DNA from: a virus
DNA length: 64,000 nucleotides
Direction: 5' to 3' (one strand)
Virus record (IMG/VR): IMGVR_UViG_3300032092_000004
Location: 89,131-153,130 of that record
Shown: piece after piece, positions 47,219 through 57,157 of the stretch
How the letters are laid out: every line of letters starts with the position of its first letter
Numbering within the stretch: position 1 is the first letter of the stretch
Notes under the pieces: generated by a model
Seen by the model: the letters and a program-made list of their open reading frames with translations, nothing else
Told to the model about the DNA's origin: nothing
The model's database searches: none
Made by a program: the position numbers and the translations under genes

Positions 47219-47220
47219 TA

Positions 47221-47529
47221 ATGAAAATACTAATATCAGAAAAACAAGCCGATAGAATATTCAACGACAAAATTGAATGTGAAAAGTGTGAACACTCGTG
47301 GAAAAAAGAAAAAAATGGTCCACAACCTTTTCTTTGCCACGATTGTGGGTGGGACCAAAAGAAACAAAAGTACGATAAAGAAAACCTATTCAAGTTTTGG
47401 AAAAATAAATTATCCAAAGAACCAATTGACGAAAAATGGTCTGAAAAGTATAAAAGGTCAATAAATTGTAATAATCCAAAAGGGTTTAGCCAGAAGGCTC
47501 ATTGTCAGGGTAGGAAAAAAAGAGATTGA
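47221..47529 (+). CDS. Tagged small protein with zinc ribbon and C-terminal CNNPKGFSQKAHC motif
   Basis: CEKC...CHDC; EKWSEKYKRSINCNNPKGFSQKAHC. Confidence 0.65.
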   Translation: MKILISEKQADRIFNDKIECEKCEHSWKKEKNGPQPFLCHDCGWDQKKQKYDKENLFKFWKNKLSKEPIDEKWSEKYKRSINCNNPKGFSQKAHCQGRKKRD

Positions 47530-47532
47530 TTT

Positions 47533-48411
47533 ATGAATATTGCCGTCTGTGTACATTTATATCATACCGATATGTGGGATGAGATTGAAAATTATTTAAA
47601 TAATTTAGTTTTACCATATAAATTATATGTTAATTTACCTTACGAAACCGATGGAAACAGACTTTTAGATTTTCAATGGGATACTTATGTGAATTACTAT
47701 CAAGACCTGAAAAAGGCAGGTAAAAACAATCACGAAATGGCTTATAGTCATTTTATTAAATATGGATTTAAAGAGCAAAGATTTTATAGAAAAGATCATT
47801 TAGACGTTTACGAAAAAATAAAAAATTTTAAAGAAGATAGTGAAATTTTTTTATCACCAAACCGAGGAGTTGATTGCGGTGGATTTTTATATACCTATAA
47901 AAAAATTGAGGGTGATACTGATTTAATACTCAAAATACATACAAAAAAAGGTTTAGGGTCTGAAACAGTCCCATCATTAGAATTAGAAAAAAAAGGTAGT
48001 AATTTTGCAATCAATCACGGTAGGGATTGGTTTCATGGGTTAATGGGCGGGGTTTTATCTAATAGCACTCAGGTGAATAATATTATTAACAACTTCAAAC
48101 AAGATAAGACTACTGGAATGGTAGGTTTCAGAAGACACAACAATTTTGGATTAAACTATGATGAAACATTAAAAATATTATCCAAACTTAATCTAAAAAA
48201 AATACACGAAAATTCTGATTTTGTTGGCGGAACTATTTTTTGGGTAAGAAATGAAATTTTAAAAAAATATTTATCTAATGATGTTATTGATGAGATACTG
48301 GAGTCGATGCCATACGGGTATGTTAGAGAACCATCTGTGAATCACGCTATGGAAAGAGTTTTTGGTATATTAGTTTATTTTGAAAATAAAAATATTAAAA
48401 TTATTAAATGA
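47533..48411 (+). CDS. Rhamnan synthesis F (RgpF)-like glycosyltransferase
   Basis: VHLYHTD, NRGVD, LKIHTKK, FVGGTIFW, HAMER. Confidence 0.78.
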   Translation: MNIAVCVHLYHTDMWDEIENYLNNLVLPYKLYVNLPYETDGNRLLDFQWDTYVNYYQDLKKAGKNNHEMAYSHFIKYGFKEQRFYRKDHLDVYEKIKNFKEDSEIFLSPNRGVDCGGFLYTYKKIEGDTDLILKIHTKKGLGSETVPSLELEKKGSNFAINHGRDWFHGLMGGVLSNSTQVNNIINNFKQDKTTGMVGFRRHNNFGLNYDETLKILSKLNLKKIHENSDFVGGTIFWVRNEILKKYLSNDVIDEILESMPYGYVREPSVNHAMERVFGILVYFENKNIKIIK

Positions 48412-49019
48412 AACACGTTATAGTAACAAGGTGTAAATTTGGTAAAGACGAAGATTTTCAAAAATATTTTGAGGTAATGAAAAAAACTTATATACCCTCA
48501 ATTAATTCGCAAACAAATAAAAATTTTTCAATTGCATTAATTGTTAACCCAAGACATTACGATTTAATTAGAAATGAAATTAATACGGATATTGAAATAA
48601 TCCCATTATCTGACATTAAAGGGGATTATAAAGAATACGTTTTGAATAACACAATAACTATCCAAACGAGACACGATTGTGATGATGTTATGGTACCAAA
48701 CTATATCGAACACATTCATAACCTTTATAATCAAAATAAAAACAACTTTGATGATTTTATTTTGAATTTTCACCCAACTAAATTAGTTGTCGACACAGGT
48801 AAAGAATATACTCATGGTAGAGATTATAGTAAGGTATGTTCAATGTTTAGTACTTTAATACAAAAGAATGTTAAACATGGAATTATGGATTGTGTTCACG
48901 ATCATTTAAGAGGATTCACAAAAAATATTATATATATCCCAAGAGGATATGTCAAATTAGGAATTCACGGTAACAATACCTTATCTAAATTAACCCCTAA
49001 TGATATACCACTAAATTAA
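48408..49019 (+). CDS. Putative (rhamnosyl) glycosyltransferase
   Basis: PSINSQTNKNF, TRHDCDD. Confidence 0.65.
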   Translation: MKHVIVTRCKFGKDEDFQKYFEVMKKTYIPSINSQTNKNFSIALIVNPRHYDLIRNEINTDIEIIPLSDIKGDYKEYVLNNTITIQTRHDCDDVMVPNYIEHIHNLYNQNKNNFDDFILNFHPTKLVVDTGKEYTHGRDYSKVCSMFSTLIQKNVKHGIMDCVHDHLRGFTKNIIYIPRGYVKLGIHGNNTLSKLTPNDIPLN

Positions 49020-49020
49020 T

Positions 49021-49641
49021 ATGAAATTCACCTACGCATATATAACATACAAGAAGGATGTTTTTGATCAATATTTAGGACCTTGTTTAAATAAAATTAA
49101 AGACAGGGTTGATATAATAACAAAATCAAATATTAAACCATCAAAATTTCATAATGAAGTTATTAAAGAATCCAAAAACAGATACATAATATTCTCCCAC
49201 GAAGATGTTACATTCTCAGATGAGATGATAGATCAAATTCAAAAAACAGTAGATCAACTTCCTAATTTTGGTGTGTTGTGTGTTGTGGGAAAAAACGGTG
49301 ATAATAAAAATATTGGAGCATTGGCCTCTAATATATATGATTTAAAATTTTGTGATCCTTGCTTTTTTGTTATTGATAAAGAAAACGAATTAAGATTTGA
49401 TGAAGTCACATTTGATGAATTTCATTTTGGCGTTGAAGATTATTGCATTGGAAGTCAGGAACTACATAATAGAGGAACTTATAGTCTATTGGTTAATTGG
49501 GGAAAAGAAGATGGTCCTTTTTATTTTAAACACCACAGTTATACCTGTAAAACAGTTAGATATCAGTGGGGTAATTATGCTGAGTACAAAAAAAGATTAA
49601 AACAAAAATGGGGCCACTTGACAAATATTAAAAATTTTTAA
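49021..49641 (+). CDS. GT2-like glycosyltransferase
   Basis: IFSHEDV, FDE..FHF..EDYC. Confidence 0.65.
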   Translation: MKFTYAYITYKKDVFDQYLGPCLNKIKDRVDIITKSNIKPSKFHNEVIKESKNRYIIFSHEDVTFSDEMIDQIQKTVDQLPNFGVLCVVGKNGDNKNIGALASNIYDLKFCDPCFFVIDKENELRFDEVTFDEFHFGVEDYCIGSQELHNRGTYSLLVNWGKEDGPFYFKHHSYTCKTVRYQWGNYAEYKKRLKQKWGHLTNIKNF

Positions 49642-49643
49642 TA

Positions 49644-50699
49644 ATGATAAGTATCATAATCACGGCGCATAACAACGATTTTTTTTTATATGAAACATTA
49701 GATTCTATAAATAAAAGTAACGTAGAATTCGATTATGAAATTTTATTGGGAGTTGATAACTGTCAAATTACAATGGACTCAATTAAAAATAACCTCAATA
49801 AAATATCTAAAAATGTAAAGATTTTTTTATTTCCTAAAGTTGGAACGTATGTCATTAGAAATAGTTTGGCAAAAATTTCCAAATTTAACGATCTTTTATT
49901 TGTTGATTCTGACGATATATTAACAGATGACACTTTGGCGTTTGTTTGTGAAAATTTAAAAAAGTATGATGTTGCCAAATATAAATTCGCAATGTTTGGT
50001 GGTAATTTTAATATCGACAATATTAAAACATATAAAAAATACGATACAAGTCCTGCTGGATCATTTGGTATTAAAAAAAATGTTTTTTTAGAAATGGGTG
50101 GATTCGAGCCTTGGTCTTGCGCTGCGGACGGAGAGTTTCAATGGAGAGTTGAAATGACCAAAAAAAAGGTAATAACTAAAAATAACGTTGGTTTATACTA
50201 TAGAAGACACGACTCAAATCTTACTATTGATAGTAAAACAGGTATGAAATCACCTATAAGATTATATTATCATTCACTTAAAAAAGAAAAAATTAAAAAT
50301 AACAAATATGATAATATAGAAAAAATAAATGTTTCTGAATATTTGGAAATAAATCAAAATAATATAAAAAATTACAAAATTATTTTTGAAAATTTAAAGT
50401 TACCTAATTTATATAACTTCCAAGAAATGATTGAAAACGGAAAACTAAAAAGAAGTGAAGCTTTAAATTTGGTTTTAAATCCTCATGTGGTGGAGGAACC
50501 ACCAAAGAATGAATACAAAGATCTATCAGTTAAAAGTACTATTGAACAAAAAAAATCCCAAATAGATTATGATAGAGTTAATTATGTCTTTCAAAATAGT
50601 AACAACAAACTTACCTCAATGAGAGTTAACAAACCAACAATACCACAACAGACTAGAAACAACACAAGTTTTTTAAATAAATTAAATAAAAAAAGATAA
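49644..50699 (+). CDS. GT2 glycosyltransferase
   Basis: SIIITAHN, FVDSDD, GGFE, YYRRH. Confidence 0.82.
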   Translation: MISIIITAHNNDFFLYETLDSINKSNVEFDYEILLGVDNCQITMDSIKNNLNKISKNVKIFLFPKVGTYVIRNSLAKISKFNDLLFVDSDDILTDDTLAFVCENLKKYDVAKYKFAMFGGNFNIDNIKTYKKYDTSPAGSFGIKKNVFLEMGGFEPWSCAADGEFQWRVEMTKKKVITKNNVGLYYRRHDSNLTIDSKTGMKSPIRLYYHSLKKEKIKNNKYDNIEKINVSEYLEINQNNIKNYKIIFENLKLPNLYNFQEMIENGKLKRSEALNLVLNPHVVEEPPKNEYKDLSVKSTIEQKKSQIDYDRVNYVFQNSNNKLTSMRVNKPTIPQQTRNNTSFLNKLNKKR

Positions 50700-51655
50700 T
50701 GTCATTATCTGTTATAGTCCCAACATTCAATAATGTTAAATTCTTAGATGAGTTATTTGATTCATTTGAGAAAAATAAAGTAAATTTTCCTCATGAATAT
50801 TTAATTGGTGTTGATAATTGTGAAAAAACAAAACAATATATTGAGGAAAAAGAGTTTCCTAAAAATGTATTTTTTTTCTATTTTGTTGAAAATGTTGGAC
50901 CTTATAAGATTAAAAATACGTTAGCCGAAGTTGCTAAATATGAAAATTTATTCTTCTTTGATTCTGATGACTATATGACCGAAAGTTGTTTATCTGAGAT
51001 TAACAAGTTAATAGTTAAATACGAATGTATTAAACCAAAATTTATAAATTTTAATGATACCAAAGATGGTAGAGTTTATATTAATGATAGTGGTTTACAT
51101 GGTGAGGGTGTCTTTGCAATCCGTAAAAGCGTTTTTTTGGCCATGAATGGTTTTGAAGGTTGGAGATGTGCAGCAGACTCTGATTTTATGGGTAGATTGT
51201 ACAAACTGAGAAGAAAAATTAACCTAACAAACCTCATTTTATTTCATAGAAGATTACATGAAAATAGTCTTACTATGTCCAAAGAAACTGGATATGATTC
51301 CGAAATAAGAGGAAAATACTTCTCAATATCTAAGAACAAAACTGATCATGGACCTTTACCAAAATTAGAAAAGGCTGATTATCAAATGTTAGATAATGAA
51401 ACTAAAATATGGTCAGAACCTATATCAACATTAGAACAGAGAAAAATTGATTTACAAAAAGAACTTAAAGAAAAAAAACACAAACTTCTTGAATCAATTT
51501 TTAGTGATGCACCAAAAGAAGTCCTACAAACAGAAATTAAAGTTGTTAATTATGTTCAAGTAAATCAAACAACAAATCGCCAAACTCACTCAAACTTAAA
51601 CAAAGCATTAAAAAAGGCAAAACTAGAAAATATTAAAAGAAATTCGAGGCGTTAG
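50699..51655 (+). CDS. GT2 glycosyltransferase (paralog of upstream gene)
   Basis: SVIVPTFN, FFDSDD, NGFE, CAAD. Confidence 0.82.
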   Translation: MSLSVIVPTFNNVKFLDELFDSFEKNKVNFPHEYLIGVDNCEKTKQYIEEKEFPKNVFFFYFVENVGPYKIKNTLAEVAKYENLFFFDSDDYMTESCLSEINKLIVKYECIKPKFINFNDTKDGRVYINDSGLHGEGVFAIRKSVFLAMNGFEGWRCAADSDFMGRLYKLRRKINLTNLILFHRRLHENSLTMSKETGYDSEIRGKYFSISKNKTDHGPLPKLEKADYQMLDNETKIWSEPISTLEQRKIDLQKELKEKKHKLLESIFSDAPKEVLQTEIKVVNYVQVNQTTNRQTHSNLNKALKKAKLENIKRNSRR

Positions 51656-51679
51656 AATTTTTTTCATTATATTTGTCTT

Positions 51680-52042
51680 ATGGAACACAAATTCAAATCA
51701 GGAAACGTAATTAAGGACGATCACATCAAAAGAGTTAAAAAACTTTTAAAGAATAATGGAGTGTCTTTTGAAATTAATATTTGGAGAGATAACGCCGAAT
51801 TCCAGATCACTAACATTAGAAAATACAAAAACGGATGGTCTTTTGGTGATAAAAATAAATATTGCTATGAGGTGGATATCAAAATGATTGGTAACGCACC
51901 TTTTCCTCGTTACTATATAAACTCCAATAAAAGACGATTAAACTCTCGAGTTAGAGCTTGGTCTAACGAAAAAGTGTTATTAGAAGAATTACAATTCTTT
52001 GGGATGGATAACATTTGTATCTCAAAGATTCAATATGTTTAG
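51680..52042 (+). CDS. Hypothetical protein
   Basis: ATG 4 nt after TATATTTG. Confidence 0.65.
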   Translation: MEHKFKSGNVIKDDHIKRVKKLLKNNGVSFEINIWRDNAEFQITNIRKYKNGWSFGDKNKYCYEVDIKMIGNAPFPRYYINSNKRRLNSRVRAWSNEKVLLEELQFFGMDNICISKIQYV

Positions 52043-52063
52043 AGTTCTTTTATATTTATTAAT

Positions 52064-52975
52064 ATGAAAGTATCGATTACAGAAGATCAACTCAAAGTTG
52101 TACAATCAAAAGTGATTTATGAACAAATCCTTGACGACCTTGTTTTCAAACTATCTTTAATCACAGAAGATGGTAAGACTAAACCTGATATGGAATGGGA
52201 TTTTGAACCTATCAAAAAAGAAATTGATTTATCCAAGTTATGGGTTAAAACTAAAGAAGATGCTATAAAATATATTGAAAAAGTTAAAGATAAAATTGAA
52301 AATCTTCCTTCTGACTTAAAAAAAAGAATTGTAAAATATATTGCCTATTCCTTATTAGGTTTATTAAGTTTAAAACAAATTGAAAAATATTTAGAACCTC
52401 CATTACAAAGTGCGGTAGAAACTGAAAAAGAATTCATCAAAAAGGTAATACCACCAAGAATAAGAAAATCATCAGAAGGTTTAATTAATCATTTAAAGTA
52501 CGAAGAAGGGTCTATTAGACATAAAGGACAACCAAATTTAGTTGCTTATGATCTTGGTGATGGCGCTTATACCATTGGTTATGGACATGCTATATTTCCT
52601 GATGAACAAGAGGGATTTGATTTTTTACCAAGATACTCAAAGATAGTTCCAGGTAGAACAACAATTACAAAAGAAGATGCCGAAACATTATTGAAAGATG
52701 ATATGAGAGAAGCTGAAAGCATCGTTAATCGAATTTTGGATCAATGGGAAGAAAAAGGAATTAAACCACCAATTACACAAGGAATGTATGATGCAATGGT
52801 CTCTATGTCATTCAATATGGGAAGAGGTATAAGAACTTCAGATTTTATCCAAGCGGTTAAACGAGGTGATTTTGATTTGGCAAGAAAATTAATTTCAACA
52901 ACAAGTGAAAACTTGTTTGATGACTTTCCTGGTCTTGAATCAAGAAGGAAAAAAGAATCGGAAATGTTTATATGA
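52064..52975 (+). CDS. Tagged protein with C-terminal GH24 (T4-type) lysozyme
   Basis: YEEG...AYDLGDG..TIGYGH, DAMVSMSFNMG, GLESRRKKE. Confidence 0.82.
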   Translation: MKVSITEDQLKVVQSKVIYEQILDDLVFKLSLITEDGKTKPDMEWDFEPIKKEIDLSKLWVKTKEDAIKYIEKVKDKIENLPSDLKKRIVKYIAYSLLGLLSLKQIEKYLEPPLQSAVETEKEFIKKVIPPRIRKSSEGLINHLKYEEGSIRHKGQPNLVAYDLGDGAYTIGYGHAIFPDEQEGFDFLPRYSKIVPGRTTITKEDAETLLKDDMREAESIVNRILDQWEEKGIKPPITQGMYDAMVSMSFNMGRGIRTSDFIQAVKRGDFDLARKLISTTSENLFDDFPGLESRRKKESEMFI

Positions 52976-53637
52976 TGGACAGAGAAAAAATATTAAAACT
53001 ATTCAAAAGGTTTGCTGGTGATGCAATTGATCTTTACGGATTGAAATGTATTCCTGTTGGACTTGGGGAAGAAATAATATCAAAAAGACATAATAAACCT
53101 TATTATCCGATTGAATTTAAAATTAAAAATCCAAATGATGTTTCTTATTTCTATTCAATAGTAGATGAGGAACTTTTAGATATAGTAATGGAGTTTGAAG
53201 AATATGTTGGCCTTAAATTAACTACTAAAGTATTATGGGGTGAACAACCAACATTTTATCTTAACGACAAAACAAAAAACAAAATTCAAAAAGTTTTCGA
53301 CTCTGTAAGAGAAATTAAATTCACCACAGGAACCCCATTTGTTGGGTATAGAAGATATGTAATCAATATAGAATCTGTTGGTTTAAAAAGCAAACATTTT
53401 GATGATGATGTGTATTATATTCAAAACACCGTTGTCCCATTATCAGCAACAAAAAATGGTGAAAATATTGATGTTAATGATGCGATAAATGAATATATCG
53501 ATGAGTTCTTACCACATGTTGAAACATATTATGAAAGTGAAGAATATTATCGAGGTGTTGATCAAGTAATCAGTCAACACCCATTACTTAACGCTGATTA
53601 TGTTGCAACTTATTACGACACCAAGTTTATCCGATAA
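52972..53637 (+). CDS. Hypothetical protein
   Basis: 221-aa ORF. Confidence 0.65.
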   Translation: MMDREKILKLFKRFAGDAIDLYGLKCIPVGLGEEIISKRHNKPYYPIEFKIKNPNDVSYFYSIVDEELLDIVMEFEEYVGLKLTTKVLWGEQPTFYLNDKTKNKIQKVFDSVREIKFTTGTPFVGYRRYVINIESVGLKSKHFDDDVYYIQNTVVPLSATKNGENIDVNDAINEYIDEFLPHVETYYESEEYYRGVDQVISQHPLLNADYVATYYDTKFIR

Positions 53638-54901
53638 GGGACTTACTTCTTTTCTTACGGTGAAAAGTAATAACAAATCGGTGAACTTCATTTTGAATCT
53701 CGGCTAACAAAAACCCAAACTCACTTCTTGGAATATCAAAACTTAAGCCATCAATCTTGTGGATTGTAGATGATCTGTGTTTTTCGTCTTTTGAAATGGA
53801 GATCAAGTCAACTCGATTCAATAAACCAAGATCCTCAAATACTTTTTTGGCGACACCCAACTGACCTTTACCACCATCAATAATAACAAGTGAGGGTAAC
53901 TCTTGTTTCTCATTTAAAAGTCTCTTGAATCGACGATTTAATACCTCATCGAAAGAAGCATAGTCATCAGGACCCTCAACAGTTTTGATGTTGAACTTAC
54001 GATAGTTAGACTTATCAGTTTTACCATTCTTGTAACGAACAAGAGCGGACACCTGACAATCACCAGCGGTATGAGAGTTATCAAATGCCTCAATAAGAGT
54101 TGGAACATTCAATAAACCAAATTGTTCTTTGAAAGATCTTGCAATATCGCTATACTTTCGAATACGAAATGACTCAAGTCTTTTCTCCAATAAATCAACA
54201 ACATCCATTTTGTTTTTGAAGTTTTGAGCAAGCTCAAACTCCATTTGATCAGAGTGATACTTCATGTACTTCTTCAAACGATTTCGAACTTTGTCGAACT
54301 GAAATGAAAATACATCTTTCATCTCACTTACAATCTTCAAGTAAGAAAACTTTTGAATAGAAGAAACACAAGGAGCATTACAACGACCAAGATGAAACTC
54401 CAAACAATTCTTGAACTTTTCGTTTTGGATATTCTCTTCAGTCAAGTTGTAAGAACAAGATCTAAGATTGAAAATGTCATGGACCATCTCATAGATCTCA
54501 TAACAAGAGTTGGAACTTGTAGACTCCAAAAGAACTTCACCAGTAAAGTTAGAAGGATTACAAACCAAAAGTCTTGGGAACTCATCTTCACTCAAAGTAA
54601 TAAACCAACGACGAGAACGATCATCTTTTGCTTTGATGTTGTATTTTGGTTTGTGTGATTTGATAAGTTCATCCTCCAGTAACAAAGCCTGACTTTCATC
54701 ATTTGTAGTCATGAACTCAACATCAGTGATCTCATTCACCAAAGACAAAGTCTTCTGATCTTTGTGATTTTTCTGAAAGTAAGACTTCACTCGTTTTGGT
54801 AGATACTTTGACTTACCAACATAGATGATCTGACCCTTCTTGTTTTTGAAAAGGTAACAGCCGCTAGATTGGGGGATATTTGAAAGTTTCTCTGTAATCA
54901 C
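53627..54901 (-). CDS. uvrC: UvrC-like excinuclease (GIY-YIG + UVR + RNase H-like; no HhH)
   Basis: GCYLF..IIYVGKS, PKYN, IEAFDNSH, YRKFNI, DDYAS, IIDGGKGQ, EVHRF. Confidence 0.9.
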   Translation of the reverse strand: MITEKLSNIPQSSGCYLFKNKKGQIIYVGKSKYLPKRVKSYFQKNHKDQKTLSLVNEITDVEFMTTNDESQALLLEDELIKSHKPKYNIKAKDDRSRRWFITLSEDEFPRLLVCNPSNFTGEVLLESTSSNSCYEIYEMVHDIFNLRSCSYNLTEENIQNEKFKNCLEFHLGRCNAPCVSSIQKFSYLKIVSEMKDVFSFQFDKVRNRLKKYMKYHSDQMEFELAQNFKNKMDVVDLLEKRLESFRIRKYSDIARSFKEQFGLLNVPTLIEAFDNSHTAGDCQVSALVRYKNGKTDKSNYRKFNIKTVEGPDDYASFDEVLNRRFKRLLNEKQELPSLVIIDGGKGQLGVAKKVFEDLGLLNRVDLISISKDEKHRSSTIHKIDGLSFDIPRSEFGFLLAEIQNEVHRFVITFHRKKRSKSLIG

Positions 54902-54997
54902 AATACAAATATAGTGATTTTTTTCGTTAAGGCAAAGTTAAGTTTTACTTTGAAACTGTTTATAGGTAAATTTAAAACTATATATTGGTAAAAAAAT

Positions 54998-55720
54998 ATG
55001 AAATTAAATGAACTAGTAACAATAGTAATTCCTTGTAAAAATGAGAAGAGAATTATTGAAAAGACGTTGGATCTTTTAAATTATCAATCAGACATTTTGA
55101 ATGTAAAAGTTGTTGTTTGTGATTCATCTAATGATGGTATTACAAAACCATATCTTTTGGATAGATTGGAATATGATTCAGGAAGAGACAGATTTGATCT
55201 ACACATAATGGAGGGAGGACTTCCCGCAAGAGCAAGAAACAACGGATTCAAACTTGTGACAACACCCTATGTTTTATTTATGGATGCAGATGTGTTTCTA
55301 TTGGATCCTAAAATAATTAAAAGAGCGTTTCTTCGAATACATAAAAACCATTTAGATTTAGTGACCGCTAAGTTCAGAAGTGATAACGGTAAATACAACT
55401 ATATTTACCGTTTGTTTGATTTTTTACAGTTAATATCAAAGTGGTCAACACCATTTTGTTTGGGTGGATTTATGATGGTTAGAACAGAAACATTTAAAAC
55501 ACTAAAAGGTTTTGATGAGGAGATTAAAGTTGCAGAGGACTATCACTTTTCAAAACAGGTCAAACCAAAGAAATTTGGTAGAATAAATAACGTAGTTTTT
55601 ACACCACCAAGAAGATTTGAAAACAAAGGATTAATTTACATGACTAAATTGTTCTTGGGGTCATTCTTTAACCACAAAAACAAAGACTACTTTACTAAAG
55701 ATCAAAACTATTGGAAATGA
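54998..55720 (+). CDS. GT2 glycosyltransferase
   Basis: IVIPCKNE, ARNNG, FMDAD, GFDE...AED. Confidence 0.85.
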   Translation: MKLNELVTIVIPCKNEKRIIEKTLDLLNYQSDILNVKVVVCDSSNDGITKPYLLDRLEYDSGRDRFDLHIMEGGLPARARNNGFKLVTTPYVLFMDADVFLLDPKIIKRAFLRIHKNHLDLVTAKFRSDNGKYNYIYRLFDFLQLISKWSTPFCLGGFMMVRTETFKTLKGFDEEIKVAEDYHFSKQVKPKKFGRINNVVFTPPRRFENKGLIYMTKLFLGSFFNHKNKDYFTKDQNYWK

Positions 55721-56430
55721 AAAAGTGGAAGACAGTAATAATGAGTGATCTTCATTTAGGGGCAAGACAATCACAAACAGATAAGATATTAAAGTTCTTA
55801 GAAGAAAATGAAATGGAAACTTTAATATTAAATGGGGACATAATCGATGGGTGGGCAATCAAAAGTAACGGTAAATGGACCAATGAATGTACCAAAATAA
55901 TAAGAAAGATAATCAAACTATCTGAAGGTAAAACAAAAGTGGTATATATTAGAGGAAATCACGATGACTTCTTAAAAGACTTTATTCCATTTCAATTAAA
56001 CAATATTGAGATTGTTAGAATGTATAATCACATTGGAGTTGATGGAAGAAATTATTATTGTTTTCATGGTGATGTTTTAGATTTTGTTATTATGAAAGCA
56101 AGATGGTTGGCAGTTGTTGGTGGGTGGTCTTATGATTTTGTTATTAAACTAAACACAATCTATAATAAAATTAGAAAGACTTTCAAATTGAAGTACCACT
56201 CATTGGCAAATGATATTAAACAATCTGTTAAGGGTGCGATTAACTTTGTTTCTGATTTTGAAACAGGAGCTAAAGGACTTACACAAGAGAAAGGGTATGA
56301 TGTTGCGGTATGTGGTCATATCCACCAACCAAAACTTGAAGTTGATTATATGAACTCAGGTGACTTTTGTGAGAACTCTACATGCCTTGTCGAAGATAAA
56401 AAAGGTAATTGGAAAATATTAGAGATATAA
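55717..56430 (+). CDS. LpxH-like (UDP-2,3-diacylglucosamine hydrolase family) metallophosphoesterase
   Basis: SDLHLG, NGDIID, GNHD, HGD, CGHIH, NSGD. Confidence 0.82.
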   Translation: MKKWKTVIMSDLHLGARQSQTDKILKFLEENEMETLILNGDIIDGWAIKSNGKWTNECTKIIRKIIKLSEGKTKVVYIRGNHDDFLKDFIPFQLNNIEIVRMYNHIGVDGRNYYCFHGDVLDFVIMKARWLAVVGGWSYDFVIKLNTIYNKIRKTFKLKYHSLANDIKQSVKGAINFVSDFETGAKGLTQEKGYDVAVCGHIHQPKLEVDYMNSGDFCENSTCLVEDKKGNWKILEI

Positions 56431-56524
56431 TTTTTTCTTAACACACATCAATTCATTTTCAATTTACATGTCGAAATAAAAGAATTATCTTTTGAAAAGA
56501 AAATAAACCAATAACAATATAAAA

Positions 56525-57076
56525 ATGAAACAACTTGTAATTGATCCAGCTCATTCTGACTTGGGATTTAAAATCAGACACTTGATGGTGTCAAACGTAA
56601 AAGGAACATTAACAAATTATTCAGGTGGTATGTCTTATACTACTGAAGATATGAGTGACGCTCAGATTCGTTTTGAGGCTGAAGTTAACTCAATTTCAAC
56701 AGGAAATGGAGACAGAGATGCACACCTTAATGGAGAAGACTTCTTCAACACGGATAGATTCCCTAGAATGTATTTCGAATCAACTCACTTGAATCTTACT
56801 GACGGTAAAATGAAAGGTGAAATGACTATCAAAGACACAACTAAAACTATTGATTTAACTGTTGAGTATAATGGTAAATCAGTTGATCCATGGGGTAACA
56901 CAAAACACGGATTTGAGATCTCAGGAACTATTAACCGTTCAGACTTTGATCTTACTTGGAATGCGGCACTTGAAACAGGTGGTGTATTGTTGAGTGATGA
57001 GGTTAAACTGAATTTGGATGTTCAGATGATGGAATTGGTTGGTGAATTAGAACCACAAACTGAAACAGCAGAATAA
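56525..57076 (+). CDS. YceI family lipid/isoprenoid-binding protein
   Basis: IDPAHS..GFKIRHLM, RDAHL, DPWGN, INRSDF. Confidence 0.9.
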   Translation: MKQLVIDPAHSDLGFKIRHLMVSNVKGTLTNYSGGMSYTTEDMSDAQIRFEAEVNSISTGNGDRDAHLNGEDFFNTDRFPRMYFESTHLNLTDGKMKGEMTIKDTTKTIDLTVEYNGKSVDPWGNTKHGFEISGTINRSDFDLTWNAALETGGVLLSDEVKLNLDVQMMELVGELEPQTETAE

Positions 57077-57105
57077 AATAATTCTTATACAACCTTAAAT
57101 AATAT

Positions 57106-57133
57106 AATCCCCACTCAAAAGGTGGGGATTTTT
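57106..57133 (+). terminator. Intrinsic terminator
   Basis: AATCCCCAC-tcaaaag-GTGGGGATT followed by T run. Confidence 0.8.
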
Positions 57134-57157
57134 CTATTACTAAAGTATTTATATGTA

